Of a DNA stretch of 39,541 bases, positions 22,501-34,409 are shown piece after piece. The notes under the pieces were generated by a model. The model was given only the letters and a program-made list of their open reading frames with translations. It ran no database searches and was not told the DNA's origin. Within the stretch, counting starts at the first letter, position 1, and every line of letters begins with the position of its first letter. Both the position numbers and the translations under genes were made by a program. Origin of the DNA: Octopus sinensis (taxonomy: Eukaryota); NCBI RefSeq assembly GCF_006345805.1, contig NW_021832796.1:1-39541 (forward strand). The letters run 5' to 3'.

Positions 22501-22689
22501 AAGAAAATCAAACGAATATAAGGAAATACTGACTGCAATAAACAATGATAACGAACAATTAAAAAAAACGGGTTAAAGCAAATACCAACGGCGTCAATTT
22601 ACAAACATCTCCATAAGTCTCCAGAAAATATTGCCATTTATAAAATAAATAAAATGAACTATAACATCTTAAAAAAAACTACCACCCAT

Positions 22690-23700
22690 TGGTAGTTTTT
22701 GTTTGTGTGTTTTTGTTCCAGTGAGCATGAGTGTTAGTGTTTAGGGCTGCCTTTTGCTTTTGATGATTGGTTGTCTTTCTAAGATTTTTCTCATTTTTTT
22801 CATTTGCAAATAACACGGAGGGGGCGGGTTTGAATGTGATTAAATAGTTCGGTGTTCCTGGGATTGAAGACTGACACGAATGGCAAGACATTTTTAATTT
22901 TCCTATGTTCAATGATATCCATTTGTTGCGCCTTGTTTATTCCATTGGTGATTATGCCAGTAGGCAAGGCTCTTTGGATAAGCGTGAACTTCAGTTACTC
23001 TAGTCTTTGTTTACGTTTCAATGGTTCTGGTACTGTGGAACAAACTCTTTTTGCCAGGTTCAAGGGAATGTTGAGTTTGGTGTGTTTCGGGTAAAACATG
23101 ATGTGAAAAGAAGGTATTGTTTGGAATCGGAGGGTTTGTAGAATATGACCGTTTCTATTTCCCCATTTAGGTTTTTCATTAGGATATCTAGGAAGGCAAG
23201 TTCTTAATCACGCATGCATATACGTACACACACTCACGCGTGTGCGCTCACACACACACACACACACATGAATAGTTAGGTTATTAAGGACAAACCTAGA
23301 GAGCTTTGTAGGGAGATAGACATCATGGCACCACGGGAGTAATTGTGTATCGTAGGAGGATTTCCTTTCTAATTCCAGCTCCTTTCTTATCGTGCAGAAT
23401 ATGGTCAACGAATCCATAATAATCTCTTATTTTTTCTTCGGGCCTAATCTATTATATGGATAATTATTCAACATATTCATACTCCATTTTGTAAGGCGGT
23501 AGGCTAGAATTAGTATGAGACTTGTAAGGTATGAGGTAATGAGGATTTAGTTGTCATTTCTGGCTGGTGGAGGGTCCATGCAGTCGTTTCCATCATATGT
23601 GTAGAGTACGTAGGAGGTTGGGGTAATCTAAATAGGTATATAGGCAGTTGCTTAGAATGGTTAGATCTGTGTATAGAACCAACTGTCTACAGAATGGCCG
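22690..23700 (-). mobile_element. Penelope-like element (PLE) reverse transcriptase remnant, fragmented
   Basis: 23190-22850 translates LAFLDILMKNLNGEIETVIFYKPSDSKQYLLFTSC...IPLNLAKRVCSTV...RLE*LKFTL...NGINKA...LPFVSVFNPRN, the PLE RT C-terminal signature; more degraded N-terminal RT pieces at 23290-23700. Confidence 0.75.
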
Positions 23701-24491
23701 AAACAAAGAAAGACAAAAAAAAAGCAACAAAATAAAACAAAACAGACTCATGAAATGGAAAGTAACAAAACAAAAATACAAAACAGTAAGATATAGACAA
23801 CTTGACGGAGAAAATAAAGCCGAGAATGAAGATTGTCTACAGGAAGACAACAACTACAATAACAATAATAACAACATCTACGAAAGCTTGTTGATGTCGG
23901 TGATAAAGGATATTGCGTCGATGCTTCTGGAAAGAATCGTAACAAAACAAAATCTCAGTTTGATTGTTGGCAGCAGGAGATCGGTTGAAGAGGGGCCGAG
24001 ACATTATTCAAGACATACTGAAGGCTCTGTCTCCTCCTCCTCCTCCTCCTTTTCCTCTTGCTCCTCTTTCTCATCTTTTCCTTTTCGTTTTCATTGTTTT
24101 TTGTTTTGTTTTCGTCTTTTCTTTCATTTCCCTACTCCACTTTTTTCTTACTGTTGTGTCTCAGAATCTTCCATCGAGGACGAAAACGTCCAGTAGCGAA
24201 GACGACCGCTTGATTATCATTCCTGCTTTTGGGATGCCGGGACGTGTGAAAGCCTTTTTCAGAAGACAATAGAGAAACAGAGGGCTTGCTTATCGAATGA
24301 AATAAAATAAAACGAAAAGACAAAAACATACATTGTTGTTATTATTTCTTATAGATGCTATTTTTGAAGATGTTGTCACTGTTTTTTGTTGTTTACGATG
24401 ATGATGTTGATGCTGTTGTTGTTGTTGTTGTATTACTATATTTGCAGCGGAAAGTAAACTCACATATAAGCATCATCTGCTATTCTTACAG

Positions 24492-24569
24492 TAATGTCAA
24501 AGATAAAGGACTCTCTGACAGCTGAACAAATCACAAACATCCAAAACCTGAACCACCACCACCAGTATG
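24492..24569 (+). CDS. Candidate 78-nt symmetric (phase 1-1) exon, xMSKIKDSLTAEQITNIQNLNHHHQY
   Basis: Acceptor CTATTCTTACAG, donor ATG|GTAATG, only one open frame, non-repetitive sequence. Confidence 0.35.
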
Positions 24570-24599
24570 GTAATGTTACACACACACACACACACACGC

Positions 24600-24625
24600 A
24601 CGCACATGGATATATACATATACTT

Positions 24626-24696
<71 letters not shown>
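24600..24696. repeat. (CA)/(TA)n microsatellite
   Basis: Directly visible. Confidence 0.95.
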
Positions 24697-24697
<1 letters not shown>

Positions 24698-25237
24698 GCA
24701 AGGCCGCAGCTCTCGATCTGAAACTAGTAAATAAAAGAAATAAAAATATATAGATGCGTGTATAAACATAGCTACATGTATTTCTATATGAAAATAGGAA
24801 TAGCCTATATATTTATCGCCCCCCCACCACCACCCACATATCTACAAAAGTAACAGTGCAAATGAACCCATGATATGCATTCGCCAATGTATGCACATAA
24901 ATTAGACGCAGAGGTATACTTATACAGAGATTTATTAGATACATAAGTATATTAGACGCTTCATATCTAGGACATACATAAAGCATATATTATTCAGTCG
25001 TGTACGTTGGTTTTCCCTTTTTGTTTTCCTTTAGACAATGTACATGTGTGTTCGTGTATACATATATATATATATATATAACAAATAATTTATACTTGTA
25101 TTTGTTTTGTTTTTGCCTTACATATGCCCTATATATATCATAACAATTAACTCTACTAACACGACTGACCAAAGTGGTAGATGAACCACTACACCGGAAG
25201 TTGACTAGATAATGATACATGCACACACACACACACA

Positions 25238-25268
<31 letters not shown>

Positions 25269-25526
25269 TTTTAATATCATCTGAGTAATAGCGTTATTGC
25301 GTGCTTACCAAAACTTCTCCATGGCTATATCGGCTATCATATGCTTTAATACAGCCGGAATTTCCCTTTTACTGAATGTATAGAAATCCGTTTATATTCG
25401 CAAAATTCACACCAAAGATTATAATCCACGAAGATGGAATGAAAAGGCTTTAATCCAAATCCCTACAATGGTTTCTATGCATTAGCATCAGCTGGTAATT
25501 GCAGAGTGTTTCACGTATTATATATA

Positions 25527-26121
25527 TTCTTTTCTATTCTAGGCACAATGCACGAAATTTGGTGGGAGGGGCTAGTCGATTATATCGACCCCAGTGCGCA
25601 ACTAGTACTTAATTTATCGAGCCCGAAAGGATGAAAAGCAAAGTCGACCTCGGCAGAATTTGAACTCAGAACGTAGCGGCAGACTTCAGCGGCAGACCTC
25701 AGCGGAATTTGAACACAGAAGGTGAAGAAAGACGAAATACCTATTTCTTTACTACCCACAAGGTCAAACAAGGACAAACAAACGGATTAAGTCGATTATA
25801 TCGACCCCAGTGCGTAACTGGTACTTATTTAATCGACCCCGACAGGATGAAAGGCAAAGTCGACCTCGGGAGAATTTGAACTCAGAACGTATTTCTTTAT
25901 TACCCACAAGGGGCTAAACACAGAGGGAACAAACAAGGACAGACATAGGTATTAAGTCGATTACATCGACCCCAGTTCGTAACTGGTACTTAATTTATCG
26001 ACCCCGAAAGGATGAAAGGCAAAGTCGACCTCGGCGGAATTTGAACTCATAACGTAACGCAGACGAAATACCGCTAAGCATTTCGCCCGGCGTGCTAACG
26101 TTTCTGCCAGTTCGCCGCCTT
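25527..26121 (-). mobile_element. SINE concatemer: head + two tail-A bodies + one tail-B body
   Basis: Head at 26121; junctions near 25890 and 25734-25747; final tail CCCCTCCCACCAAATTTCGTGCATTGTGCCTAGAATAGAAA. Confidence 0.88.
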
Positions 26122-26159
26122 ACATTTTATATATATTATTGCACTAATGTGATCCAAAC

Positions 26160-26300
26160 AAATCGACCCCAGGACTTATTCTTTGTAAGCTTAGTACTTA
26201 TTCTATCGGCTTCTTTTGTCGAACCGCTAGGTTACGGGGACGTAAACACACCAGCATCGTTGTCAAGCGATGGTAGGGGGGCAAACACAGACACGCAAAT
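26160..26300 (-). mobile_element. Fragment of second SINE family
   Basis: Matches 37552-37660 (AAATCGACCC..GGACTTATTCTTTGTAAGC...GGGGACGTAAACACACCAGCATC). Confidence 0.8.
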
Positions 26301-26398
26301 ACATCCAATTTTTCACCCTCATTTTGATTTTAATTTCAAATTAATATGTTCTCAAACCGGCGAAAACTACTGCAGTGAATTATTTATGCGGTATTTAT

Positions 26399-26642
26399 TT
26401 CCGGTAATTTAGCACGCCTAAACGAAGACTTTTGAAAATAACCGCAAATATAATAGGTGGAACTACATGTAGTTCTACAAATTATATCTTGCAAAGAGGA
26501 TCACACTGACGATCTACAGATAAGTTAAGTAAAATTACGTAATTTATTGATAGTGAAACAATTGTTTGTGATTAATCTATATTTTTGTTATTTTTCATTT
26601 GTCTTGCTCGCTTACGTTTCTGGTGTGCTAAATTTTCCGGAG
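26399..26642. mobile_element. MITE-like element with ~30-bp imperfect TIRs and two internal perfect palindromes
   Basis: TTCCGGTAATTTAGCACGCCTAAACGAAG vs reverse complement CTCCGGAAAATTTAGCACACCAGAAACGTAAG; no clear TSD. Confidence 0.35.
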
Positions 26643-27133
26643 AACAGTTCTTAGCGGATCTTCTTCTAGCATAAGGTTTTCCACATAGTGGTTAAAAAAT
26701 TCCTTCTTATATATATATATATATATATATATCATATACCACATATCATATGTGAATGATATATGTACTTTACCGATGTGAAGGTGATTTATCGATGGAA
26801 TGTCACAGACGATCAAGTTAATAAAATGTCGGACTTCTGGATAAGTGGATAATTTATATTTACTTTTTGTGTGTCGTTAATTGGATAAATCTGCCATTCC
26901 TTGTCTGAGGCTCCTCTTCCCCTCCTCCTCCTCCACACCATCATCATAATCATCATTCTCGTTGTCGTCATCGTCGTCGTCATCATCATCAACATAATCA
27001 TCATAACCACCACCACCACAACTATCACCCTCACTATAGCAGGATCAGGAAAGTGAAGCACGCAGGATAAAATTTTCATAGTTTTTATCTGTAAAATGAA
27101 TTTAAACAAAACTTTTTTTTTCTTTGCAACCAG

Positions 27134-27180
27134 ACCCTGGGACGTTGGCAACGAAGCTGTTGTGTGGGTTTAACAAATGA
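27134..27180 (+). CDS. Candidate exon after strong acceptor (phase 1: DPGTLATKLLCGFNK*)
   Basis: Poly-T tract + CTTTGCAACCAG acceptor; frame and end uncertain. Confidence 0.2.
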
Positions 27181-27339
27181 ATCATAGAGTTTACCTGATA
27201 TTAAAAGCGCGCACACGTTTACACAGGCATACGTATCTGTGTATGTATGTGTGTGTGTCTGTGCATGAGTGGGTACGTGTGTATGAGTGTGTGTATACAT
27301 AGGCATGTATGTACTTATCTATATAGAAAGATAGATAGA

Positions 27340-27422
27340 TATAGTTATAAATACATATATATAATATATAATATATATATATATATGTACGGATATATAT
27401 GTATATATATATAAATGGATAT

Positions 27423-27478
<56 letters not shown>

Positions 27479-27479
27479 G

Positions 27480-27510
<31 letters not shown>

Positions 27511-27516
27511 GTATGG

Positions 27517-27547
<31 letters not shown>

Positions 27548-27568
27548 AATATAAATATATATATATAT

Positions 27569-27605
<37 letters not shown>

Positions 27606-27606
27606 G

Positions 27607-27640
<34 letters not shown>

Positions 27641-27660
27641 TATATATATATACATGCATA
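27340..27660. repeat. Complex (TA)n array with recurrent TATGGATA interruptions
   Basis: Directly visible. Confidence 0.97.
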
Positions 27661-28139
27661 TGTATTATCTTGTGAATATTTGATGACGTGAAGTTGCAGC
27701 GGTCATTAATAAGAGCGTAGTTCCAATTTTAGAACGTAACAAACACTTGTGAGATTCATTGTAGGTTTGCTTTATAATCTAAATATAATTGTCGTAACAG
27801 ACATCACACTGATCTCTCTTCATGACTTATATACATATATACATTTATATATATATATATACATATAAGTTTATCCACACACATGCACATATAAAGGCTC
27901 GTATACATACAGATGCATATATGTATATGGGCATATATAGTTATAGTTATATTATAAATGTGTATATATGTATGAATATGTATATATATATATATATATA
28001 CACACACATACATTCATTCATACACACAAGCACAAACACACACACACACACACAAATATATATATGTATACTTACATGAATACATACATACAGTCAAACA
28101 TGTATATAGATATATATATCTGTATCTATATCTGATATG

Positions 28140-28198
<59 letters not shown>

Positions 28199-28599
28199 AC
28201 ATACATTTTCATTCTATAGATATGTGCGTGTGTCTGTGGAGAGCTTCACCCTCTCCCTCTCTCTCTCTCTCCCTCTCTTTCCCTTTGTCTCTCTTTTTCT
28301 CCCTCTCTTTCTCTATCTTATGTGCACACTTATATACACCTCCACATATGCACACGTACACATACACACGCAGAAACTCGTTCCACCTCTGATACAAATG
28401 GTCTGCCCTGAAGCACTTTTCTTTTCGTGCAAATGGCATTACTAGCTTTTAGAATAGAACGAAGACAATAGAGTTAGCTCCCTTGACTAACTGGCTTATT
28501 GATGAGTGTGACTTGTGTTGCCTGGCGGGAATACAACAGAAGCAAGGAAAAGAGAGGGAAAAAGAAGTTCATTGTTGTTTTCAAATAGCCATCGTGTAT

Positions 28600-29110
28600 G
28601 ATCCACCTAACCATCATCATCACCATTCTCCTTCTCCTCCCCCTCCTCCAAATCATATTCATCGTCATCATCCCCCTCCCCCTTCTCCTCCTCCCCCTCC
28701 TCCAAATCATATTCCTCGTCATCATCCCCTCCTCCTCCTCCTCATCATCATCATCATCATTACCACCACCTCCACCACCTCATCTATTTTCATCATCATC
28801 ATCATCATCATCACATTACTACCACCATCACGATGATCACCGCCAGTAACAGCATCACCATCCACGTGATCATCGTTACCATCACCTCGATCAACACCAT
28901 TGCCATTATCACCAATATTATCGCCGACGCTGCCACCTCCACCACCACCACCACCACCACCACCACCATCATGCAATTCCTGGTGGTAATGGTTAGAGGT
29001 GTTAGAGCTTTTGTTAGGGATGATATTCATGATGGTGGCGGTAGTGGTGGTTGTAATAATGATTGCCGTGTTGGTAGTGATGACGTAGTTAGTGGTGTTG
29101 CAGTAAAGTG
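28600..29110. repeat. Low-complexity (CAT)/(CCT)/(CAC) then (GGT) trinucleotide region
   Basis: Directly visible; includes a short internal duplication CCTTCTCCTCC..CCTCCTCCAAATCATATTC. Confidence 0.9.
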
Positions 29111-29895
29111 GTGAAGTTGTAGTAAACATTACGCAGACTTCAGTGTGTCATAGTTCAATATTTCTAATTTTTTTTTTCAGAACTGATCACCTATCAGAAA
29201 TATTGAACTGTGACAGACTTGAGTCAGTGCAATGTAGCATTGTGCGTGGTTCACACTCTGATAAATTCCCATCCCCACATCCCGAAAATAACACTGAAAC
29301 TTTTTTTTCTAATTAGAAGCCAAAAATAGAGTTTGTACTCCTATAACGCTTTTTCTTTGCCATAAGCAAGTTTAAAAAGTTTTAAATCATCTTGCCTTAA
29401 ATATGACAATTTGTCTCTTTTCCACTCCACACAAGCCCTTCCCTATGAGAAAGACTTGTATAGAGTCATCTGTTTGTTTACAGCAGACCTGTCGTCTCTA
29501 TCAAAATAAAATTTATAGTACTAAGTGCTACAGTGAAATGGACCCAAAATTTTATGTGTAGAGCAGTGTAACGCTGTAAAATGTCGAAATTGCTGTGTGG
29601 TGTTGCATTGCCGCTTGTAGTGTTATTCGTTAATTGACAGCTGTGCTTTTCATCTCGTGTAGAATAGAGATATAGTGTAACAGTAACCAAATGATGCAGT
29701 GGGGTAGCATCGGGCCTTTGCGAATAGAATAGTATGGTCCCATAATGAGTATTGAACCGTGTAATGTAATGTATGGTGATGTGTATTGTAGTGTTATCTG
29801 TTAGTCTACGGTTGTGCTGTAGTCTCCTGTAGAGTAGAGATATAGTATAGTAATAAGTAAATAGTACAGTGTAATAGTACTTAAGTTTTGTGAAG

Positions 29896-30342
29896 AGTGG
29901 AGTATTGTTCTATAAACCGTGTCCAAGTGGAATATTGTTCTATAGGCCGTGTCCAAGTGGAGTATTGTTCTATAAACCGTGTCCAAGTGGAGTATTGTTC
30001 TATAGACCGTGTCCAAGTGGAGTATTGTTCTATAAACCGTGTCCAAGTGGAGTATTGTTCTATAGACCGTGTCCAAGTGGAGTATTGTTCTATAAACCGT
30101 GTCCAAGTGGAGTATTGTTCTATAAACCGTGTCCAAGTGGAGTATTGTTCTATAGACCGTGTCCAATTGTAGTATTGTTCTATAAACCATGTCCAAGTGG
30201 AGTATTGTTCTATAAACCGTGTCCAAGTGGAGTATTGTTCTATAGACCGTGTCCAAGTGGAGTATTGTTCTATAGACCGTGTCCAAGTGGAGTATTGCTC
30301 TATAAACCGTGTCCAAGTGGAGTATTGTTCTATAAACCGTGC
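29896..30342. repeat. Minisatellite, 15 x 30 bp (AGTGGAGTATTGTTCTATA[A/G]ACCGTGTCCA)
   Basis: Head-to-tail copies without spacers; A/G variant alternates in the first seven units. Confidence 0.98.
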
Positions 30343-30509
30343 CCACCCCTCGGCCACTCCATCAGCTTTGATTGACCAGCTATAAAACACTCATCTCTGG
30401 GGCAATCCTTTTTATTTTACCATCGGAAAATGAATGAACATCTTAGAATCATTTAGTGAAATATTATACTCCCATTCCAACAAAACTTAATTAATTCTTC
30501 AATAAAGTG

Positions 30510-30790
30510 AATTAACAAGTAAGTGGCTGAGTATTCCACAGGTACGTGTACCTTGGACGTGAATCCCAGGTAGAGGCAGTATCACCACAGGTTGAACACT
30601 TTGAATTACAAGCAAAATTCACCTGATGACCTTCTATATAATTTCTGTCTATCTAGTTTTCCTCATAAGAGAGGTGTCGATCCGCGGTTTATTAAAATGT
30701 CGTTTGCCCAAGGTTCTACGCGGTGGGATTGAAAGTAGGCTTCAGCTTGGCTTCTTGATCATTCGACCATACTTTGCCTCGTTTCCTTAA
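30510..30790 (-). mobile_element. Old diverged SINE (core-type family)
   Basis: AACAAGTAAGTGGCTGAGTATTCCACAGGTACGTGTACC tail and AAATGTCGTTTGCCCAAGG...GGGATTGAA core/head remnants. Confidence 0.5.
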
Positions 30791-31282
30791 CATGTGAATT
30801 AATGGTAACACTATAGAAGCGGTCTACAATGCATGTGCATTATCAGAATGGCCCTTTCAAATGAAAACAACTGTGTTACCACACTGTTTCATGTCAAAAA
30901 CCTTGCAAAACAAACGGAAAAGCGAAATACACACACACACGCGCGCGTGTGTGTGTATATTTCCGGGTACATGCGTATATTCATGTATACACATGCTCGT
31001 TGCATATGCTTATTTTACCATAAACACGTTTACACGGCGTATTTATCAACAGCCGTATATTTTAACAATTAGTTAAATGATAAGACTAAATGATAGAAAG
31101 ATTGATGAAAGAGAGAGATCGTAGTTCCAATTTATTGTTAAAAGATAAAATGGGAGATGACGGTCCGTTAAGTAGCAACACGCAGAGTGAAGGAAAGTTA
31201 TTTTTTTTACAATGCTGCAGTTGAACTAGTTCCATACTTGTGTAAAGATGGGAGAAAGAGAAAGAAATAGAGAGAGAGAGAG

Positions 31283-32075
31283 TATTTCTTTATTCACCAT
31301 AAGGTTGAGAAAAAGAGGGGACAATAGGGGGACAGACAAAACAAACGTTGATGTCATGGTATCGAATGAGACGAAACGTATGAATAAACAAACAATTAAA
31401 ATATATACAATTAAATGAGAATGAGAGTGATTAACAAAAAATGAAGCGGAGGACGCGGTTGACCCCACTAACCACATACTCACACTGAAGACTTTGCTTT
31501 CTCCTTTTTTACATTCTCGATTAAACAGGTTCTTTCACTCGCAACATACTTGCTATATACTTCCATCTTTTACGAAACACACTTTGCGACAGGCATTTCT
31601 TCTCCAGCCTTATTTTCCGTTTCATGTGGAAAACGAAAAAGTCGATTAGCACGAGACTGGAGATAAACATGCCTGTTGCAATTCCTTTCACTCTCGTCTT
31701 CCATACTACTTCTTAAGCCACAGCAACTACCCAGAGAAAACAGGCTCGCTCCTCCCTATTCAGGGAGGTCGGCGGAACTATCTTAATTACAGATTTGCTC
31801 GACAGTTGTACTCTTCTCGAATGCGACAGCAGGTGTTCGACATAAGCCCAGAGTTCAGTCACCTTGGAGCATTGCACAATCGCGTGCAGGACAGTTTCAC
31901 TGTCCCTCTCACATCTTGCACAAACCGGCGAAGGTGCACACCCATGTCTAAAGAGCTTATCTCGAACCGGTAAAGCTCCTCTGTAACATTGCCAGGGACT
32001 TTTGGTAATTATCCATAGGCCCCGGACCGAATGTTCTTTGGAACAGGCTGGACAGTTGATTTTCATCGAAATAGA
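31283..32075 (-). mobile_element. 5'-truncated Tx1/L1-clade LINE: ORF2 C-terminus (zf-RVT/CCHC) + ~240-bp 3' UTR
   Basis: FQRTFGPGPMDNYQKS/WQCYRGALPVRDKLFRHG...CARC...ETVLHAIVQC...VVW...RKRW; one frameshift and one stop; ends AATAAAGAAATA. Confidence 0.88.
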
Positions 32076-32317
32076 ATGAGAAAGCGCGAGTCTACCATAG
32101 TATAAGTAACTTTTATGATAAGATCAGTTGGTATCATCGTTTCCCATGTTAACAAGTCCAGCTGTCAATCATGTGACTGTTTGTCGAATAGCAACTGGCA
32201 TCGACTATGTCCCTGCACTGCCTTCTTGCTCGGCCTAATATTAGGTTTCATCGATTCCGTTCGATAAATCAGATTGATTAGTTTCCTGCAGATGTCATCA
32301 ATGAAGTATCTTGAAAT

Positions 32318-32547
32318 AAGGCGGCGAGCTGGCAGAAACGTTAGCACGCCGGGCGAAATGCGTAGCCGTATTTCGTCTGTCGTTACGTTTAGAGTTCAAA
32401 TTCCGCCGAGGTCGACTTTGCTTTTCATCCTTTCGGGGTCGATAAATTAAGTACCAGTTGCGTACTGGGGTCGATGTAATCGACTTAATCCCTTTGTCTC
32501 TCCTTGTTTGTCCCCTCTGTGTTTAGCCCCTTCTGGGTAGTTAAGAA
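32318..32547 (+). mobile_element. Full-length SINE (tail A) with 21-bp TSD
   Basis: ATCAATGAAGTATCTTGAAAT at 32297-32317 and 32548-32568. Confidence 0.93.
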
Positions 32548-33201
32548 ATCAATGAAGTATCTTGAAATTTAAACGCTCAATTTTATGCTGACGACAACCA
32601 GTCAAATTTGATGTGTTTTCAAAGAAAGTAAGTTTTCAGCATGTTGATGGCCTCATCAGTTCGCTTGTTTATCTAAAATTCTTTGACTGGAAAAGAAACC
32701 AATTCTTAGTTTAAAGTTTTTGACAAAGACCACACATATGTGCACCCGGACACACATACGCATTTACACACATACACATGCAGGCGCATATAGCTTATGC
32801 ATACGCATGTATCTGCAAGTGCACACATCCACTCGTACAACTTGAACTTATATACGACAACCTAAATACACTTCTACATTCCTTCTCACCATGTACATAG
32901 GTGTATGAATGTGCATGTAAAACATTCACCTGTGGGAACATGGAGATGCGTGCAGATACGAATGCCGAACGACAAACATAATAAATATTCTAATGCGAAG
33001 AGAGTATAAATGTGCAAATGAGCAAAAGTCATACAAAATTTATGCCAAAGCTATGCAAAATTACAAAAATTATTCATAAGCAAAGTGCAAAATAGCAAAT
33101 TTCAAAAAATACAAAAATTAAAACGTACAAAATTACCGAATTAGGAAGTCATAAAAATGCATAATTGCTGAATATCGTTTGCTTAAATTCTCCAACAACC
33201 A

Positions 33202-33372
33202 TCTTCTTCTTCTTCTTCTTCTTCTTCTTCTTCTTCTTCTTCTTCTTCTTCTTCTTCTTCTTCTTCTCCTTCTTCTTCTTCTTCTTCTTCTTCTTCTTCT
33301 TCTTCTTCTTCTTCTTCTTCTTCTTCTTCACCTCCTCCTCCTCCCACTCCTCCTCCTCCTCCTCCTCCTCTT
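33202..33372. repeat. (TTC)n then (TCC)n microsatellite
   Basis: Directly visible polypyrimidine array. Confidence 0.98.
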
Positions 33373-33828
33373 CTACTATTTCTTCTTCAGACGGCACCGA
33401 TAAGATGAAGAAACAGCGAAATATCTTCATTTATCGTTTTCGTTCTCTTCCAGGGGGGGGGTGTACTTTTCGCTTGGTTTTGAAGTATACTATGCCTTTT
33501 TTAAACACCCTACCGGGAACACTTTAAAGGGAACTTCCTTGGACTAAACAGCGCAGCCTAAAAGTGTTTAATACAACGAACATTAAATATGTAGCATTTA
33601 TGATGCTTACATTACTCCAGCTGCTTCCATCATAAGTTTATGTATATTGATATATATGTTTTCATAGAGATGTAGATATCGAACGATGAGGAAGAATGCT
33701 CAACACCCCATTGTTGGGTAAAGATTCTTTATTTGTATATTAAGGCTACCATTGTTTTCATACTAAGAAAAAAACTCAGCAATTCTTCAAGCCGACCACA
33801 TAGAAAAATTGGTGTTCACACACACAGA

Positions 33829-33878
<50 letters not shown>

Positions 33879-34216
33879 TGATACTGTTTTGGAACAGTTG
33901 ATCTCGAAGCGCATAAGGCTATAAATAATAGCATGCAAATTTTGGATTCGATGAACTTTTTGAATAGGTAAAATTAACGGCTGCCCATGAGACTCGAATG
34001 TACAACCCCTGCACACAGGAAATTTATAAATTTTTATGACATCAACAATGTATGTATGTATGTATTTAGCACATCATCTTAAGTCGGGTGTATCGTTTTA
34101 AATGATGTAAGCTGCAGTAATCGTTTATGACATTCTCTCGTATAGACTTTTGGATAATACGAGTCAAAATTATGCGTGATAAAAAGACGAAGACATGTGA
34201 AGGAAGAACAGGCAGA

Positions 34217-34260
34217 TATATATATATATATATATATAGATATATATATATATGCATATA

Positions 34261-34299
<39 letters not shown>

Positions 34300-34362
34300 T
34301 ATTATATATATATATATTATATATATATATTATGATGTATATATATATATATATATTAGATT

Positions 34363-34394
<32 letters not shown>

Positions 34395-34407
34395 ATATAT
34401 ATATATA
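34217..34407. repeat. (TA)n-rich array
   Basis: Directly visible. Confidence 0.97.
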
Positions 34408-34409
34408 CT

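Noticed and set aside
23648-24196. Longest ORF in the track (182 aa)
   Set aside because: It starts antisense within the PLE remnant and runs through A-rich, (AAC)n and pyrimidine tracts; no domain or convincing splice sites
24170-24200. GGACG-AAAA-CGTCC hairpin as hammerhead stem II
   Set aside because: No CUGANGA before it and no GAAA after it
28474-29129. His/Pro-rich or Gly-rich ORFs as a coding exon
   Set aside because: All frames are open only because of trinucleotide repeats and they shift frame repeatedly; such tracts are common non-coding sequence here
29896-30342. CRISPR array, or chitin-binding (CPxGLxF-like) repeat protein
   Set aside because: No spacers, no cas genes and a eukaryotic context; the peptide resemblance is four residues and lacks the CBM14 cysteine pattern
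32605-32665. Hammerhead on the minus strand (CTGATGAGGCC...GAAAAC)
   Set aside because: Stem III and stem I cannot be paired
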